Source: an uncultured cyanobacterium (GTDB taxonomy: Bacteria > Cyanobacteriota > Cyanobacteriia > Pseudanabaenales > Pseudanabaenaceae). Taken from it: a stretch of 64,000 bases of DNA. This document shows, one piece after another, positions 51,401 to 61,839 of this stretch; the first letter of the stretch is position 1, and each line of letters begins with the position of its first letter. Where the stretch lies: the NCBI GenBank assembly GCA_963703315.1, contig OY969811.1:3712001-3776000 (forward strand), in the 5' to 3' direction. A program made the position numbers and the translations under genes. Below the pieces are notes generated by a model, which was not told the origin of the DNA, made no database searches, and saw only the letters and a program-made list of their open reading frames with translations.

Positions 51401-54400
51401 TCATCACTATTGACTGCACCTGAAGATGCCGAAACTACGCCAATGTTGTCGCGGATGCCACCACCATTTTTTAAGGAAATGACAACGGTAGGATCGATTT
51501 GCTTAGCTAGCCAGAGGTTGGCATCAGCAGTGAGATTCCCAAAATTGGTTTCTTGAGTACGCACATCATCGCGAGTTCCATTCAGGAATACGCTTGATTT
51601 GCCCACAATCAAATTGTCCTTAGTAGCAATGACATTGCGGATACCATCGGTGATTGCCACAACATTCGGATTCGCCACGTCTCTTGGATTTACATCAGTA
51701 CCATAAACGCGATCGACACCCGCTTCATCTGTAGCATAGGCTCCATTGATGCTGCTATTGAGTGCGTTGACATTGAGAATGCCATTACTGTCAAACTCAG
51801 TGATTAAGCGACCCACATACTTGTAGTTCCCATCGGTATTCGCGACCAGCACAGGATTGCCATCGGCTCCAGTTCTCACAACTGGGTAAACACCATCGCT
51901 AGCATCTCCCGATCGCAAAACATCATTACTATCTGACAGCAATGTGTTTGATCCACCTGCAAGGATAATATCCACATCACGTAAGCGAGGAGCAAGCTCA
52001 TCGCGTTCAATGTTGAACTGCTGCATATGGGACAGCAAAATGATTTTATTGATACCTTGAGCCTTGAGAATATTTACAGTAGATTGAATCTCGGCGGCTA
52101 AAGCATCATAATCAGTCGGATTAGATGGCGAGATGCCAATACTGCCACTAGATGAAATATTCGCCAAGGTAGGAGTTGTTGCACCGACAATACCGATCCT
52201 TTGATCGTCCGCATTTCCTGCAACTCCATCATTACCCGCTAAGGTAATTACGGTACTCTTCGCCAACTTACCTTTGATGGTATTGGCTTCGGCAGTGGTT
52301 TGATTGGTAGCTAGATCTGATGTACCGAGGTTGCCCGCAGTAATTTCGGGACTGAAATTCAGGTTGGTGCTGAGATAGGGGAACGCTGTGCCAGGATTAC
52401 CGCTGCCCGTGCGGATAACGTCGCGAACTTGCCTTACTCCTAAATCAAACTCATGATTACCCAAGGCCGATGCTTGAATTCCAAAAGCATTGAGAATGCC
52501 AATGTCGCCGCGACCAATTACTGGAGCAGAGTTTGTTCCTAATCCGCCCACACCGTTGAGACTAAGATCACTGGAAGCATTGAAAAAAGCACCAGGGATG
52601 TAATTGTCTCCTGAAGATAATGTCAAGGTATTGGGAATGATACTACTTGGCAAGTTAGGATCGGTTCTTAAACGATTCAGAACCGCAGAAAATCTCACCG
52701 CATCATCGATCGCTGGAATTCCACCTTCAAAATCGGAAGCATGGAGAATTTGCATTCTGAAAGGCGCATTAGGATCGGGGATTGTTGGCAGATTAAACCT
52801 TGCCACAATAGGATCGTGGTCGCTAATTTGATCGGCAAACTCAGAGTTAATGTGAACCACATCAAAACCATCTAGTTTGCTGCTGAGATTGTTGCTAGCT
52901 AAAATGTGATCCAGTGTCTGGGCGTTGCCTTGGAAGTTGTAGGTATAGCGCTCATTAGCTGGCAGAGTTTCGACTAAAGTATTCAACCCACCACTTTCTA
53001 AAATGCTGAGGGGATTAGAGAACTCGAAATCATTCAAGTCACCTGCTACCACGACATTAGCATTGGGGTTGGTTGCCAACAGTCCTTGTACGAAGTCTTT
53101 GACAATGGTGGCTTGCTGGTTGCGCTGTACTTCGCTGTTTAGCGTCGGTGATTGGTTAGGTCCAAATAGAGGTTGATCGCCGCCTTTGGAATTGAAGTGA
53201 TTACCGATGACGGTTACTTCTTGTCCATTGAACTCAAATTTACCGACGAGAGGTTTGCGGCTGCTAGCGAAAGCATCACCATCAGTCAGATTAGTGTCGG
53301 TCAAGCGTTGCAGCGAACCTTCCACAAAATTCACGCGATCGCGATTAAATAGGAACGCTACGCGGATGTTGCCACCAGGCTCGCCACCATCTTGATTGTT
53401 GACGGGGTTGATTTGACGATATTCGTATGTAGGACCGCCTGCGGCTGCGATCGCATTAATCAGCGTTTGCAGAGTTTCATTTGCATCAACCGTCCCATTA
53501 TTAGTTGCGCCATTGTTGTCCTGAATCTCTTCGAGATTGATAATGTCGGGGGACTTCATGTTGGTGACAATTGCACTGGCGATCGCATTAAATGTCGTGT
53601 CGCTAGGATCGAGGTTTTCCACATTGAAAGTAGCTACCGTCAATTGTGTGGCACTGCCCGTTAGGTTGGTGACCTCTTTTTCTAAAGTGGAGGGCTGCAC
53701 TACCGTTGGCGCATTTGAAACCAACACTTCGTAGTTATTGAAGTCGTAGCTGACCACACCTGTAATCGAGCTAAGCTGAGCGCCGACATTTACCTCAGGC
53801 AATACCAAAGAGTTATTCAGATCATCAATCTGAATCCGTTCTGGGTTGAAGTCGTTAGCAGTAATCAAGCTGCCGCCCTCGCTAGTACGGCTGGTTGCAT
53901 TAGCGCCATTGTCAGCCAGCACCCAAATTTCTTCAGATGATCCAAAGTTGGCGGTGGGTGAAGTTGCTACAGGATTGTTTACTTGCACCAGCATTCCTTC
54001 TAAACTTTCGTAGAAGTCAATCCCATCTTGAGCAGGATCGAACACAGTACCAGCATTCTCCACATTGCCACTAGCTGCATCATTGCTAATGATCTGGTTA
54101 GGAATTGCCCGTCCACCATTACCGAGAACAGTTGCAGCAGGCAAAGCATTACCACTGGAAAGCTTGGTAATCACGGGACTAACAATCTGAGTGATTGTTA
54201 GGTTGTTCGCCGATCCACCTGGACGGAACTCACTCACATTCCCGTTAACCAATATTGAATCTCCCACTTGTACTGTTGGCGCAGAAGATGTAAATACAAA
54301 AATGCCTTCAGAAGTAGCATCATTGGCATCAGGATTGGGGTCTTGCAAGTAGAAGCCGTTAGAAGCGATCGCGGTGACAATCCCTGGTACAGCCGTAACA

Positions 54401-56994
54401 GACTGACCAACTAAAGGTGATCTGTGTCCACTGCCCTGAATGTCACTAATCCGAGTTCCTGCGTTAACGTTATAAACCGCCACGGTATTGCTGACTTCAT
54501 TGGCAACTACCAGTAGAGGCTGATTGTTCGGACTATCGCTTGCAGAGATAAAGGTAAGCCCTTCGGGACCAGAGTCACCAGCTACAGCAGCACTGAAATC
54601 GCGGGTATTGAGATACTGCACAAAAGCGGGCTGATTGGGATTGGTCACTTCATAGACCATAACTCCGCCAATGCGCTCTAAGCCAATAAAGGCATAGGTG
54701 CGACCATTGATCACGCCGACGGTCACGCCTTCTGGTTCTGGACCTTTGTTGTCGCTGCGATCGTCGAAGTTGTTATTGTCGTTGCTAGCATTAAATCTAG
54801 TTGGGAAAGCCGCAGCCGTAATCTGCTCTAGATCGTCGCCACTGTCATAAACCCGATTACCGTTGCTATCCCAGATTGAGAAGGAACGAGCGCCAAAAGC
54901 TTGGATTTGATCAATATCGCCATCACCATCTAAATCGCCCGTTGCATTAGTAAGTTGAAGTCTTCCCAGATTGGCATTGTTTTTAAGCGTAGCAGCATCA
55001 GGGAAAACGGTTGGGTCAAGAACATAACCAGCAGCTCCAACTCGTACCTCTTCAGAGAAGCCAGTATATCCGCGAGAATCGCCTTCATTGGCTGTGACGT
55101 AGTAAGTTTGACCGTTAAAGCTGTAGGAAGCAATGGCATCAGGTTGATAGAGTCCAACTACCGGCCAGTTTTGAATATTGATTTTACCCGCATTGCCAAC
55201 CCCTAAATCGCGATCGCTAGCATCAAATCCATTGCCGTTAAGACTGTGATCCTTAACGCCCAATGGTCGAATTGATTCCACCGTCGCAGTAGCAATGTCA
55301 ACTACAGCGATCGCATTGTTTTCCTGTAAAGTTACCCAAGCCTTGGTTCCATCACCTGAGAAAGCGATATACTCTGGTTCCAAATCCTGAGCCACACTCA
55401 CTGTATCTGTCAGATCGGCGGTGCTGAGGTCTGGTCCAAAGATGCGAACGCCTGCTGCCTGCAAAGTAGCCTTTTGATCGTTGAAGGGAATAAAAGAGGC
55501 TTCCTGTACAGTGGCGGAGGCTATGCCATTCGCGAGATTGATGATGCTAATTGAACCTTCAGGATCAAAGGTGTAAGCATTGTTGGGTTGACCTTCATTG
55601 GCAACCAAAATCTTTGTGCCATCGGGTGTGAAGGTAAGCATATCTGGTAAGTAACCCACAGATACCTTGCCTAGAAACGCACCATCCGCAGCATTGAAAA
55701 ACTGCACTTCACCAGGATTGTCGTTAGCGGTAGTTGCATTGGTAATCGCGATCGCCACAGCGACAATTCCTGCGCTCACAGTTCCAGCTTTACCGACAGC
55801 GACACTATTAGGAACAAGTGCAAAGCCTCCTGCTGTAGCACCATCAGGATCGCCAGTAGTATCAAAAGCTAAGTCACCGATTTTGGTAGGACTTGCAGGA
55901 TTTGCCAAGTTAAGAATTTCTACTACAGAACCCGCGACAACGAAGAGGCGATCGCTTGCTGGATCGAAGGCAGGAATTTCAGCGCCGTTAGTGCTGCTAT
56001 AACCACCAATTTTGGTTAAAAAGTTAGATGCGTTAGGTTCAGTAATATTTGCGGTGATGCTGCTAATCGAAAGCCCATTGTAGTTCGCGTCACTGCTAGT
56101 AACTGTATGGGTAATATTCCCTGTATGCGCTCCCTCTGGAACGGCATCATTAATGGCTGTAACCGTTACATTTTGAGCAATATTCCAGTTAGCAGGTGTA
56201 AATGTAATTGTTGTAGGACTAGTTGTAGTTTGGGCAGTATTTCCGATCGCGATCGTGACATCTGCCGTTGGTTGAGTATTAAGAACAACCGTGTAGCTGT
56301 CACTGGCTCCGCCTTCCACTACACTAGTGTTACCACCCGACTGAGTAATGGTCACGCCAGCTAGTGGGGGGACAACGCCTGAAATCGCGAAATTTGTTGT
56401 ATTGGGAACAGTCGTAGTATAAATACCATCAGTTTGATCGACCGTCCAGTTAGCAGGATTAAAGACTAGAGATTTATAGTTTTCAATACTGGATTGTCCA
56501 TTCCTAGGGCCAGCATATTCACCATAGTCAGCACTTGTTCTTAATAGTGTTGCGTTAACTCCAACTGTCAATCCTGCATTTGTAATTGGATCGCCAGTCG
56601 TTACAGTGTCTCCCGTTGATACAGCAGTTAAAATCTTAGTTGGAACATTCGCGCTTGAACCGAGAAAAGCGTAGATAACATCACCACCAGCAGCGAGTCC
56701 ATAATTTGTACTACCTGAGACAGTAGTTCTAGAGAGCGTACCAACTGATGCAGCAAGAGAAGTGGCGTTATCAACAGCACTAAAGCGAATCACTGTTCCA
56801 GCACTGATTAAATTAGATCCTGATGTCCACTGAAAATAAGACTCGCCAGTGTTAAATGATGTCGGGCTAGTAGCTTCGTTGTCAGTGAAATAAACGGTTG
56901 TATTTGGATCTATGTCTACAAACGTGACAATTGACCATCCATCTTCATCAGCATTAAAAGATATAAATGCAATATCGCCTGAATTTAGAGCCAT
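48475..56994 (-). CDS. Giant secreted multi-domain phosphatase/nuclease with RTX repeats
   Basis: Choice-of-anchor-I/atypical PhoA module (ANEG, DLEPEY, TLQENNA, RSDNKGPEPEG); OB-fold + EEP nuclease (ATFNVENL, NHFNSK, GDLND, SDHDP); 5'-nucleotidase (LHASD, GDNY, GNHEFD, NGGGIR, FPQVGG); cadherin-like; GGxGxD repeats. Confidence 0.92.
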   Translation of the reverse strand: MALNSGDIAFISFNADEDGWSIVTFVDIDPNTTVYFTDNEATSPTSFNTGESYFQWTSGSNLISAGTVIRFSAVDNATSLAASVGTLSRTTVSGSTNYGLAAGGDVIYAFLGSSANVPTKILTAVSTGDTVTTGDPITNAGLTVGVNATLLRTSADYGEYAGPRNGQSSIENYKSLVFNPANWTVDQTDGIYTTTVPNTTNFAISGVVPPLAGVTITQSGGNTSVVEGGASDSYTVVLNTQPTADVTIAIGNTAQTTTSPTTITFTPANWNIAQNVTVTAINDAVPEGAHTGNITHTVTSSDANYNGLSISSITANITEPNASNFLTKIGGYSSTNGAEIPAFDPASDRLFVVAGSVVEILNLANPASPTKIGDLAFDTTGDPDGATAGGFALVPNSVAVGKAGTVSAGIVAVAIAITNATTANDNPGEVQFFNAADGAFLGKVSVGYLPDMLTFTPDGTKILVANEGQPNNAYTFDPEGSISIINLANGIASATVQEASFIPFNDQKATLQAAGVRIFGPDLSTADLTDTVSVAQDLEPEYIAFSGDGTKAWVTLQENNAIAVVDIATATVESIRPLGVKDHSLNGNGFDASDRDLGVGNAGKINIQNWPVVGLYQPDAIASYSFNGQTYYVTANEGDSRGYTGFSEEVRVGAAGYVLDPTVFPDAATLKNNANLGRLQLTNATGDLDGDGDIDQIQAFGARSFSIWDSNGNRVYDSGDDLEQITAAAFPTRFNASNDNNNFDDRSDNKGPEPEGVTVGVINGRTYAFIGLERIGGVMVYEVTNPNQPAFVQYLNTRDFSAAVAGDSGPEGLTFISASDSPNNQPLLVVANEVSNTVAVYNVNAGTRISDIQGSGHRSPLVGQSVTAVPGIVTAIASNGFYLQDPNPDANDATSEGIFVFTSSAPTVQVGDSILVNGNVSEFRPGGSANNLTITQIVSPVITKLSSGNALPAATVLGNGGRAIPNQIISNDAASGNVENAGTVFDPAQDGIDFYESLEGMLVQVNNPVATSPTANFGSSEEIWVLADNGANATSRTSEGGSLITANDFNPERIQIDDLNNSLVLPEVNVGAQLSSITGVVSYDFNNYEVLVSNAPTVVQPSTLEKEVTNLTGSATQLTVATFNVENLDPSDTTFNAIASAIVTNMKSPDIINLEEIQDNNGATNNGTVDANETLQTLINAIAAAGGPTYEYRQINPVNNQDGGEPGGNIRVAFLFNRDRVNFVEGSLQRLTDTNLTDGDAFASSRKPLVGKFEFNGQEVTVIGNHFNSKGGDQPLFGPNQSPTLNSEVQRNQQATIVKDFVQGLLATNPNANVVVAGDLNDFEFSNPLSILESGGLNTLVETLPANERYTYNFQGNAQTLDHILASNNLSSKLDGFDVVHINSEFADQISDHDPIVARFNLPTIPDPNAPFRMQILHASDFEGGIPAIDDAVRFSAVLNRLRTDPNLPSSIIPNTLTLSSGDNYIPGAFFNASSDLSLNGVGGLGTNSAPVIGRGDIGILNAFGIQASALGNHEFDLGVRQVRDVIRTGSGNPGTAFPYLSTNLNFSPEITAGNLGTSDLATNQTTAEANTIKGKLAKSTVITLAGNDGVAGNADDQRIGIVGATTPTLANISSSGSIGISPSNPTDYDALAAEIQSTVNILKAQGINKIILLSHMQQFNIERDELAPRLRDVDIILAGGSNTLLSDSNDVLRSGDASDGVYPVVRTGADGNPVLVANTDGNYKYVGRLITEFDSNGILNVNALNSSINGAYATDEAGVDRVYGTDVNPRDVANPNVVAITDGIRNVIATKDNLIVGKSSVFLNGTRDDVRTQETNFGNLTADANLWLAKQIDPTVVISLKNGGGIRDNIGVVSASSGAVNSDDIQKLPTQPNPLAPNKQTGDVSQLDVENSLRFNNGLSLITVTAQQLQWVIEHAVAGTRSGSTPGQFPQVGGLKFSFDPTKTAIAFNSSTGEVTTQGSRVQNLVVLNDDGSIKDVIVRDGVLVGDASRTFRMVTLNFLAGTSSTGGLGGDNYPFPKFVRDNAAIANRVDLRGESIDLNGNGVVDPAIALAAGQFTFAAAGSEQDAFAEYLGDQFSTNPFNAADVAANLDTRIQNLSVRQDQVFTSVTNSPPVLTGTPAILAAGQEDTTYAIAEADLLAGYTDVNNNVLSVAQLTATNGTLTNNGNGTYSFTPDANFNGTVNLSYNVIDGKGGSVSATQTIAIAAVNDAPVGAVSISDTTPTEAQQLVASNLFTDADGLVNALYTYQWQQSDIGGGTTFTNIVGATNSTFTPTQAHVNRQLRVVVSYTDDQGTLETLTSVPTIVTGDFFVGTANVNTYTGTNGQDIIAGLEGNDTLNGLDGDDIFRYTIGDGKDTVDGGAGNDTLNILGTVDDETLKVVFNGTPVSLIAGGTLINVESVTADLRGGVDTLDYGATTADLTVNLTTGTASGFTAIANIENVTGGFGNDILTGNFRNNTLSGGVGNDILDGDLGADNLIGGAGNDTYIVDNTNDTISDSSGIDTVLSSINWTLGNNLENLTLTGNADLNGTGNNLDNILIGNVGNNILDGKSGADALFGSLGNDTYIVDNANDTVNELENEGTDTILSSVTRTLEANVENLTLTGNGTINGTGNDLNNLITGNSRNNILDGGVGADALVGGLGNDTYIIDNLGDSIIEKLNQGTDLVQSSVSWTLFDNIENLTLTGSSNIDGTGNSVNNVITGNSGNNTLSGGFGNDSLTGGLGSDILIGGFGNDTLFLGLNDGATDRVVYNLGDDSDVVNQFLRGVGGDLLQFNNIAAIDVRTVGGNTQFRLGDGVSGNGGFANGSLLLTLNGVTGFASSNINDNILAGSISTTFNFS

Positions 56995-57420
56995 TTTTTG
57001 TTGCCTTGATAGATTTGGAGGAATGAGAGGGAATAGTTATTAAACAAAAGAAAAATATGCACTTATAAAAATGCATGTCAAAACTGCATAACAATCACTT
57101 GTAATGAGCCTTTAGAATTGCGATCGCAATTGCTAAGTAATTATGTGCAATTAGTTTTAATACTTACGAGAAGATGCTTAAATCCTCGTAGTTGAGGTGG
57201 ATTTCAGGATCAAGCCCAGAAATAGAAATGTTCTATTGATCTCCAATAAAATACTTGCCCAGTAGCAATATCAAGCAGTAATGGGGAGTATCTCACCAGA
57301 GATAAAATTAAGATTTTGTAAGCACCTAGAACCTAACTATTTACTGACACCTAAAACATATGTATTTTCTTGAACTCTAATTTTTTCCTTAATTAGCCTA
57401 CAGGAAATCTCTATAAGCTT

Positions 57421-57462
57421 GGGTTAAGAGAATCCTACAATTTTGGTTAAGAGAAGGATAAA
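57421..57462 (-). promoter_or_regulatory. Candidate SphR Pho box
   Basis: Minus strand TTTATCCT-N3-CTTAACCA-N15-CTTAACCC, matching PyTTAAPyPy(T/A) units in roughly 11-bp phase. Confidence 0.6.
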
Positions 57463-57773
57463 TATTGAGGCTCACAAGAGTTTATTTTCTGCAATCGTCT
57501 CTTGTTTGGGTATGAATACGATCGCTGTTGGAATTTGGTTGACGCGATCGCTATTTGATGAGATTTAAGAGCGATCATTTTTAATTTATGAAATTTGATA
57601 CTCAGGATAATTAATAGTTAGGGTAACTAATAGTCAAATTAGCAGCCCTGAGTATTAGCCACAAAACTGGGAAAAAATTTAATTCAATACCTTATAACTT
57701 TGTCAGTTTTTTTGGCAAAATTGCCATATACTAGATAGGCTGTCAAGTTTTCAACAGTAACAAGGAAGGAGCT

Positions 57774-58382
57774 ATGTCCCGTTATAGAGGTCCGCGCCTC
57801 AGAATCGTCAGAAGACTCGGAGAGCTTCCCGGTCTTAGCCGCAAACAGCCTAAGCACGCTTATCCACCTGGACAACATGGTCAAGATCGCAAAAAGCGTT
57901 CTGAGTATGCTGTGCGTCTCGAAGAAAAGCAAAAACTACGCTTTAACTATGGTTTAACCGAAACTCAACTGTTGCGTTATGTACGTCGCGCCAGACGGGT
58001 TAAGGGTTCGACAGGACTCGTATTGCTACAATTGCTAGAAATGCGTTTAGACAATACAGTTTTTAGACTAGGATTAGCACCAACTATTCCTGCGGCTCGC
58101 CAATTGGTAAATCATGGACACGTCACCATTAACGGTAAGAGTGTAACTATTCCTAGCTATGGTGTCCGCCCTGGTGAAGTAATTAGCATTAAAGATAACG
58201 AGAAGTCTCGCAAGATTGTCGAGCGTAACCTTGAATTTCCTGGTTTGTCGAATATTCCTAGCCACTTGGAATTTGATAAGGCTAAATTTACGGGCAAGGT
58301 CAATGGCGTTGTTGAGCGCGAATGGGTAGCTCTGCAAGTGAACGAACTGCTGGTTATTGAGTACTACTCACGCCAAGCTTAA
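57774..58382 (+). CDS. rpsD: 30S ribosomal protein S4
   Basis: [39 protein letters not shown]. Confidence 0.98.
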   Translation: MSRYRGPRLRIVRRLGELPGLSRKQPKHAYPPGQHGQDRKKRSEYAVRLEEKQKLRFNYGLTETQLLRYVRRARRVKGSTGLVLLQLLEMRLDNTVFRLGLAPTIPAARQLVNHGHVTINGKSVTIPSYGVRPGEVISIKDNEKSRKIVERNLEFPGLSNIPSHLEFDKAKFTGKVNGVVEREWVALQVNELLVIEYYSRQA

Positions 58383-58487
58383 GGTTGAAGCGATCGGCTA
58401 CGGGCTTTGTTAATCTCAGATAAATTGCTTGTAGCTGAACGCCATCCAACTGGGTAAACTCTATTAGGTTCAACTTCACTGCGAATT

Positions 58488-59075
58488 ATGCAGTTAAATA
58501 TTTCTGCTCCCACTAACCTCGATTTACAGGTTCCTAAAGACTTTGTTAGGGGTTGTCCCCGCAGTGTCCGCATGGATATTGATCATCTGCTTCTAGCGAT
58601 CGAGGCGCTGGATTTAGAAGCAGTTGAGGTCATGCTAGTTTTGATAGAGCAGTTAAAGTTAGAAAAGACGATTCCTAGTCGTGTAGCTTTTTGGCGACTG
58701 CGTAATACTAATCCTTTGCGGCGTAACTATCAGCGAGCGAGTCTAAGCTGGGATGAGTTAAGGGCTTTGGTAAAAATTATTTGCACGATCGCTAAGCAAC
58801 TAGATACAGGTTTGCGGTTGCTAATTAGTACCCATCAACAAATGATTGAGGGCAAGATCGAGGCATTAGGTTTACAGCAAAATCAAGGTTTTTTAGAACA
58901 TTATATTGATCGCTTTACATCCTTATATATAGGACGGATGCGATCGCCCTCACCCCTCAATAAAGAAGAAATCCGCGAGTTGGCTTTGCAATTGCTGACA
59001 CGTTTATTACTTTGTAGCGGTGTGGCAGGTGAATTTCGCCTTTGGAATAGTTTGTTTGATGGAGCGATCGCCTAA
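58488..59075 (+). CDS. DUF3038-family protein
   Basis: ID.LLLAIEAL, RVAFWRLRNTNPLRR, LL.CSG.AG..RLW.SLFDG. Confidence 0.85.
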   Translation: MQLNISAPTNLDLQVPKDFVRGCPRSVRMDIDHLLLAIEALDLEAVEVMLVLIEQLKLEKTIPSRVAFWRLRNTNPLRRNYQRASLSWDELRALVKIICTIAKQLDTGLRLLISTHQQMIEGKIEALGLQQNQGFLEHYIDRFTSLYIGRMRSPSPLNKEEIRELALQLLTRLLLCSGVAGEFRLWNSLFDGAIA

Positions 59076-59740
59076 TGATTCAGCGTAGCTATAGTTTGCC
59101 GAGTTGTACTTTGCTGATTGATGGGATCATCACGGGCGGCGATGTGGTGTCGATTTTAACTAGTTTTAGTTGTCGCTTTAGTCATCATGCGGAACCGATT
59201 GTGGGTGGGCTGGAGCTACTCAATGCGCTGGTTAAAGTAGTGGGAGCCTATGCTCAAGCTTTAAAAAGTAATACTTTGGTGGCAATTCCTGAAAAGCAGG
59301 TGCGTCTAGAGCCAGAGGGTAAACATTTACATATACTGTCAGTGTTGCTGAATGAAGCCGATGCTCACAATCCTAAGCAGTTACAAATCAAGCTCAATAC
59401 GATTCAGCTTTTTGATCTAATGGAAAGTTTGGATCGTCTCTGCTGCGACCCGACAACTTTGCCTGATCTCAAGTTAATAACGCAAATTTCTGACTATCGA
59501 TCGCAGTCTCAGTTAAATAATCAGGCAATACCAGCGATCGCGGGTGTGTTTAGTTTAGCGATCGCCGCCACAGTTTTATATTTTATCCCCACACCAAAAC
59601 CAGAAACCAAACCCACGCCAACAGTACCAGTCCAAACTAAGCCCTTACCAAAGAAGTCAAACCCTCCCACAGTCTCCCCAAGTCCTAGTGATAGTCCTGA
59701 AAGTTCTCCAAGTCCTAGCTCTAGCCCAAATTCAAATTAG
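59075..59740 (+). CDS. DUF4335-family membrane protein
   Basis: IQR.YSLP.CTL, L.TIQLFDL.E.LD....DP.TLP; TM and Pro-rich tail; coupled to DUF3038. Confidence 0.8.
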   Translation: MIQRSYSLPSCTLLIDGIITGGDVVSILTSFSCRFSHHAEPIVGGLELLNALVKVVGAYAQALKSNTLVAIPEKQVRLEPEGKHLHILSVLLNEADAHNPKQLQIKLNTIQLFDLMESLDRLCCDPTTLPDLKLITQISDYRSQSQLNNQAIPAIAGVFSLAIAATVLYFIPTPKPETKPTPTVPVQTKPLPKKSNPPTVSPSPSDSPESSPSPSSSPNSN

Positions 59741-59790
59741 CCATAGGAAAATTCTGTTGACTCAACAATAATTAATTAATCTATATAGTT

Positions 59791-61746
59791 ATGTTTGTTC
59801 AAAAATTTCAAGTCCAGAACTTTAAATCATTTCAAGACATAACTATATATTTTAATAAGGATGTCAATGTACTCACAGGAAAAAATAATTCTGGCAAAAC
59901 TACAATTCTTGAAGCTCTATCTCTATGGCATGAATGCTTTGCCAAACTTCTGACTCAGGCAGCCAGAAATCAAAAAAATTATAAAAAAGGAGATTGGATA
60001 TTAGGATCAAGATCAAATCTAAGCTATAAATATCGAAGCTATAAATTTGAACAGCTTAATAGTATCCGTATCCCCAATCTTGAAGATATATTTTATGAAG
60101 GTATATATAAGAACAAAATAAAGTTAGGCATAACCCTTCAAAACAACAAAAATGCTAGTTTAAATATTCAATTTACTATTGGTAAATCAGGAGATAATTA
60201 TACAATTGACTTAGATAAATCTGTAGATTTTGATATTCAAAAGTTTAATTCGTTTATTAAATTATTTCCAAATCCATTTAGTATTTATTACGCTTCACCC
60301 GTATCAACTATAAATACGTTAGAAAAATATATAGCATTATCTGAGATTGAAGCAGCTTGCCTAGAAAAAAAATCTGTCTCAGTGATCCGCAATAGATTAT
60401 TACAGCTCTCTCAATTCAAAGTAGCTTTTGATCTATTTCAAAGAGATTTAGCCTACATTCTATTTAATAATCAAAGTAGAATATTATTGGATTTTACTTT
60501 TGATGACGAACAAGAGAGTCATATTATTGCTAAATATAAAATTCAATCAAATGAACATCCTAAAGACATTTCATTGTTAGGTAGTGGAACATTACAATTA
60601 ATTGAAATACTAGTTAATTTCTATCTCGTAGACTTGCAAGGTAAAGAACTTCGATTGATTATGCTCGATGAGCCTGATAGCTATATTCATCGAGACATTC
60701 AAAAACGTTTAATTGAAATAATTAGTAGGTTTGCTAGCAACACCCAAATTATAATTTCTACTCATAACGAATCCTTTATTCGTTCGGTTCCTGTTGAACA
60801 ATTGTTCCATTTAGATGGCAAATCTATCGGTGAATATCACCCGATCAATGAAACTGAAATCGAGAAATTACAACCACGCTTTAAAGGAATTTATCCATCC
60901 TTAATCAATCCAATTATTCGCACAGTGGGTGAAATAACGGGGTTAGATTTTATTAATGCTATAGAATGCGATCGCTTAATTTTTGTCGAAGGTGAAGATG
61001 ATGCTAGGTATTTCAATGTGCTACTAAAACAGCAGTTAGGTATTAGAAAGCGCTATATGTTTTGGGTGTTGGGAGGCATTAGTGAAGTATTTGAAAATAT
61101 ACTCGCTTATAAAACTGTATTTTCGGCGATTAAAAATGGTCAAAATCTATGGCAAAAGTCCTGTGTAGTAATTGACAAAGATTTTCTCAATCATGATCAT
61201 AAACAAGCAATTATTGATAAGTTTAAAGAAAAACATCAACTAGATGTATTTCTTTGCGATGCTTATACATTTGAGTCTACTATTTTTGAGGATTTAGAAT
61301 TATTATCTTCTCTGATTAGCCAATGGCTAGAGATTAAAACTAATCGTGAAATCGATAGAAATGAAATATTAATATCTCTTCAAACTGAATATGCTGAGGT
61401 TAATTTAAAATTGCAGACAAAATATACTGATAAATTTATTGAAGAAGAAGCTCAAAGGTACATCAATATTAGAGAAAAAACAAATAGATTATTTGGCAGT
61501 AAGCCATCGATTATTCCAAAAACCGATAATCAATTAAATACTGTAGTCAGAAGGAATTTACAAAATACCTTAGAAACGGGTAATTATTATTGGTTAATGC
61601 GTAAAGATGATGTTGAATTGGTTATTAATGCAGTTACTCAACGATATGAAGTTAAGTTTGCCTGTGAGACTGATTTGATCGAACTCATTAAAGCTGTAAC
61701 CAAAGCTACTTGGATGAATCAATGGAATTTCTTGAATAGACTTTGA
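59791..61746 (+). CDS. OLD-like ABC-ATPase/TOPRIM nuclease
   Basis: Walker A GKNNSGKT, signature LGSG, Walker B IMLDEPD, STH, TOPRIM FVEGEDD and IDKD; very AT-rich. Confidence 0.85.
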   Translation: MFVQKFQVQNFKSFQDITIYFNKDVNVLTGKNNSGKTTILEALSLWHECFAKLLTQAARNQKNYKKGDWILGSRSNLSYKYRSYKFEQLNSIRIPNLEDIFYEGIYKNKIKLGITLQNNKNASLNIQFTIGKSGDNYTIDLDKSVDFDIQKFNSFIKLFPNPFSIYYASPVSTINTLEKYIALSEIEAACLEKKSVSVIRNRLLQLSQFKVAFDLFQRDLAYILFNNQSRILLDFTFDDEQESHIIAKYKIQSNEHPKDISLLGSGTLQLIEILVNFYLVDLQGKELRLIMLDEPDSYIHRDIQKRLIEIISRFASNTQIIISTHNESFIRSVPVEQLFHLDGKSIGEYHPINETEIEKLQPRFKGIYPSLINPIIRTVGEITGLDFINAIECDRLIFVEGEDDARYFNVLLKQQLGIRKRYMFWVLGGISEVFENILAYKTVFSAIKNGQNLWQKSCVVIDKDFLNHDHKQAIIDKFKEKHQLDVFLCDAYTFESTIFEDLELLSSLISQWLEIKTNREIDRNEILISLQTEYAEVNLKLQTKYTDKFIEEEAQRYINIREKTNRLFGSKPSIIPKTDNQLNTVVRRNLQNTLETGNYYWLMRKDDVELVINAVTQRYEVKFACETDLIELIKAVTKATWMNQWNFLNRL

Positions 61747-61839
61747 TATTAATGCGTAAATTAGATTAATCTAGACTTGCCAAGTTAATCAAGCAAATAG
61801 TCAGCTAATAGCCCAAAAAAAGCCCACAAGTGAGAACCT

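Noticed and set aside
48770..56364. Many plus-strand ORFs opposite the giant gene (also opposite the pentapeptide, dnaK and ppc genes)
   Set aside because: Antisense shadow frames produced by codon bias and repeats
56995..57773. ncRNA or tRNA in the long intergenic region
   Set aside because: No cloverleaf, riboswitch or known RNA motif recognisable by eye; an Rfam scan would be needed
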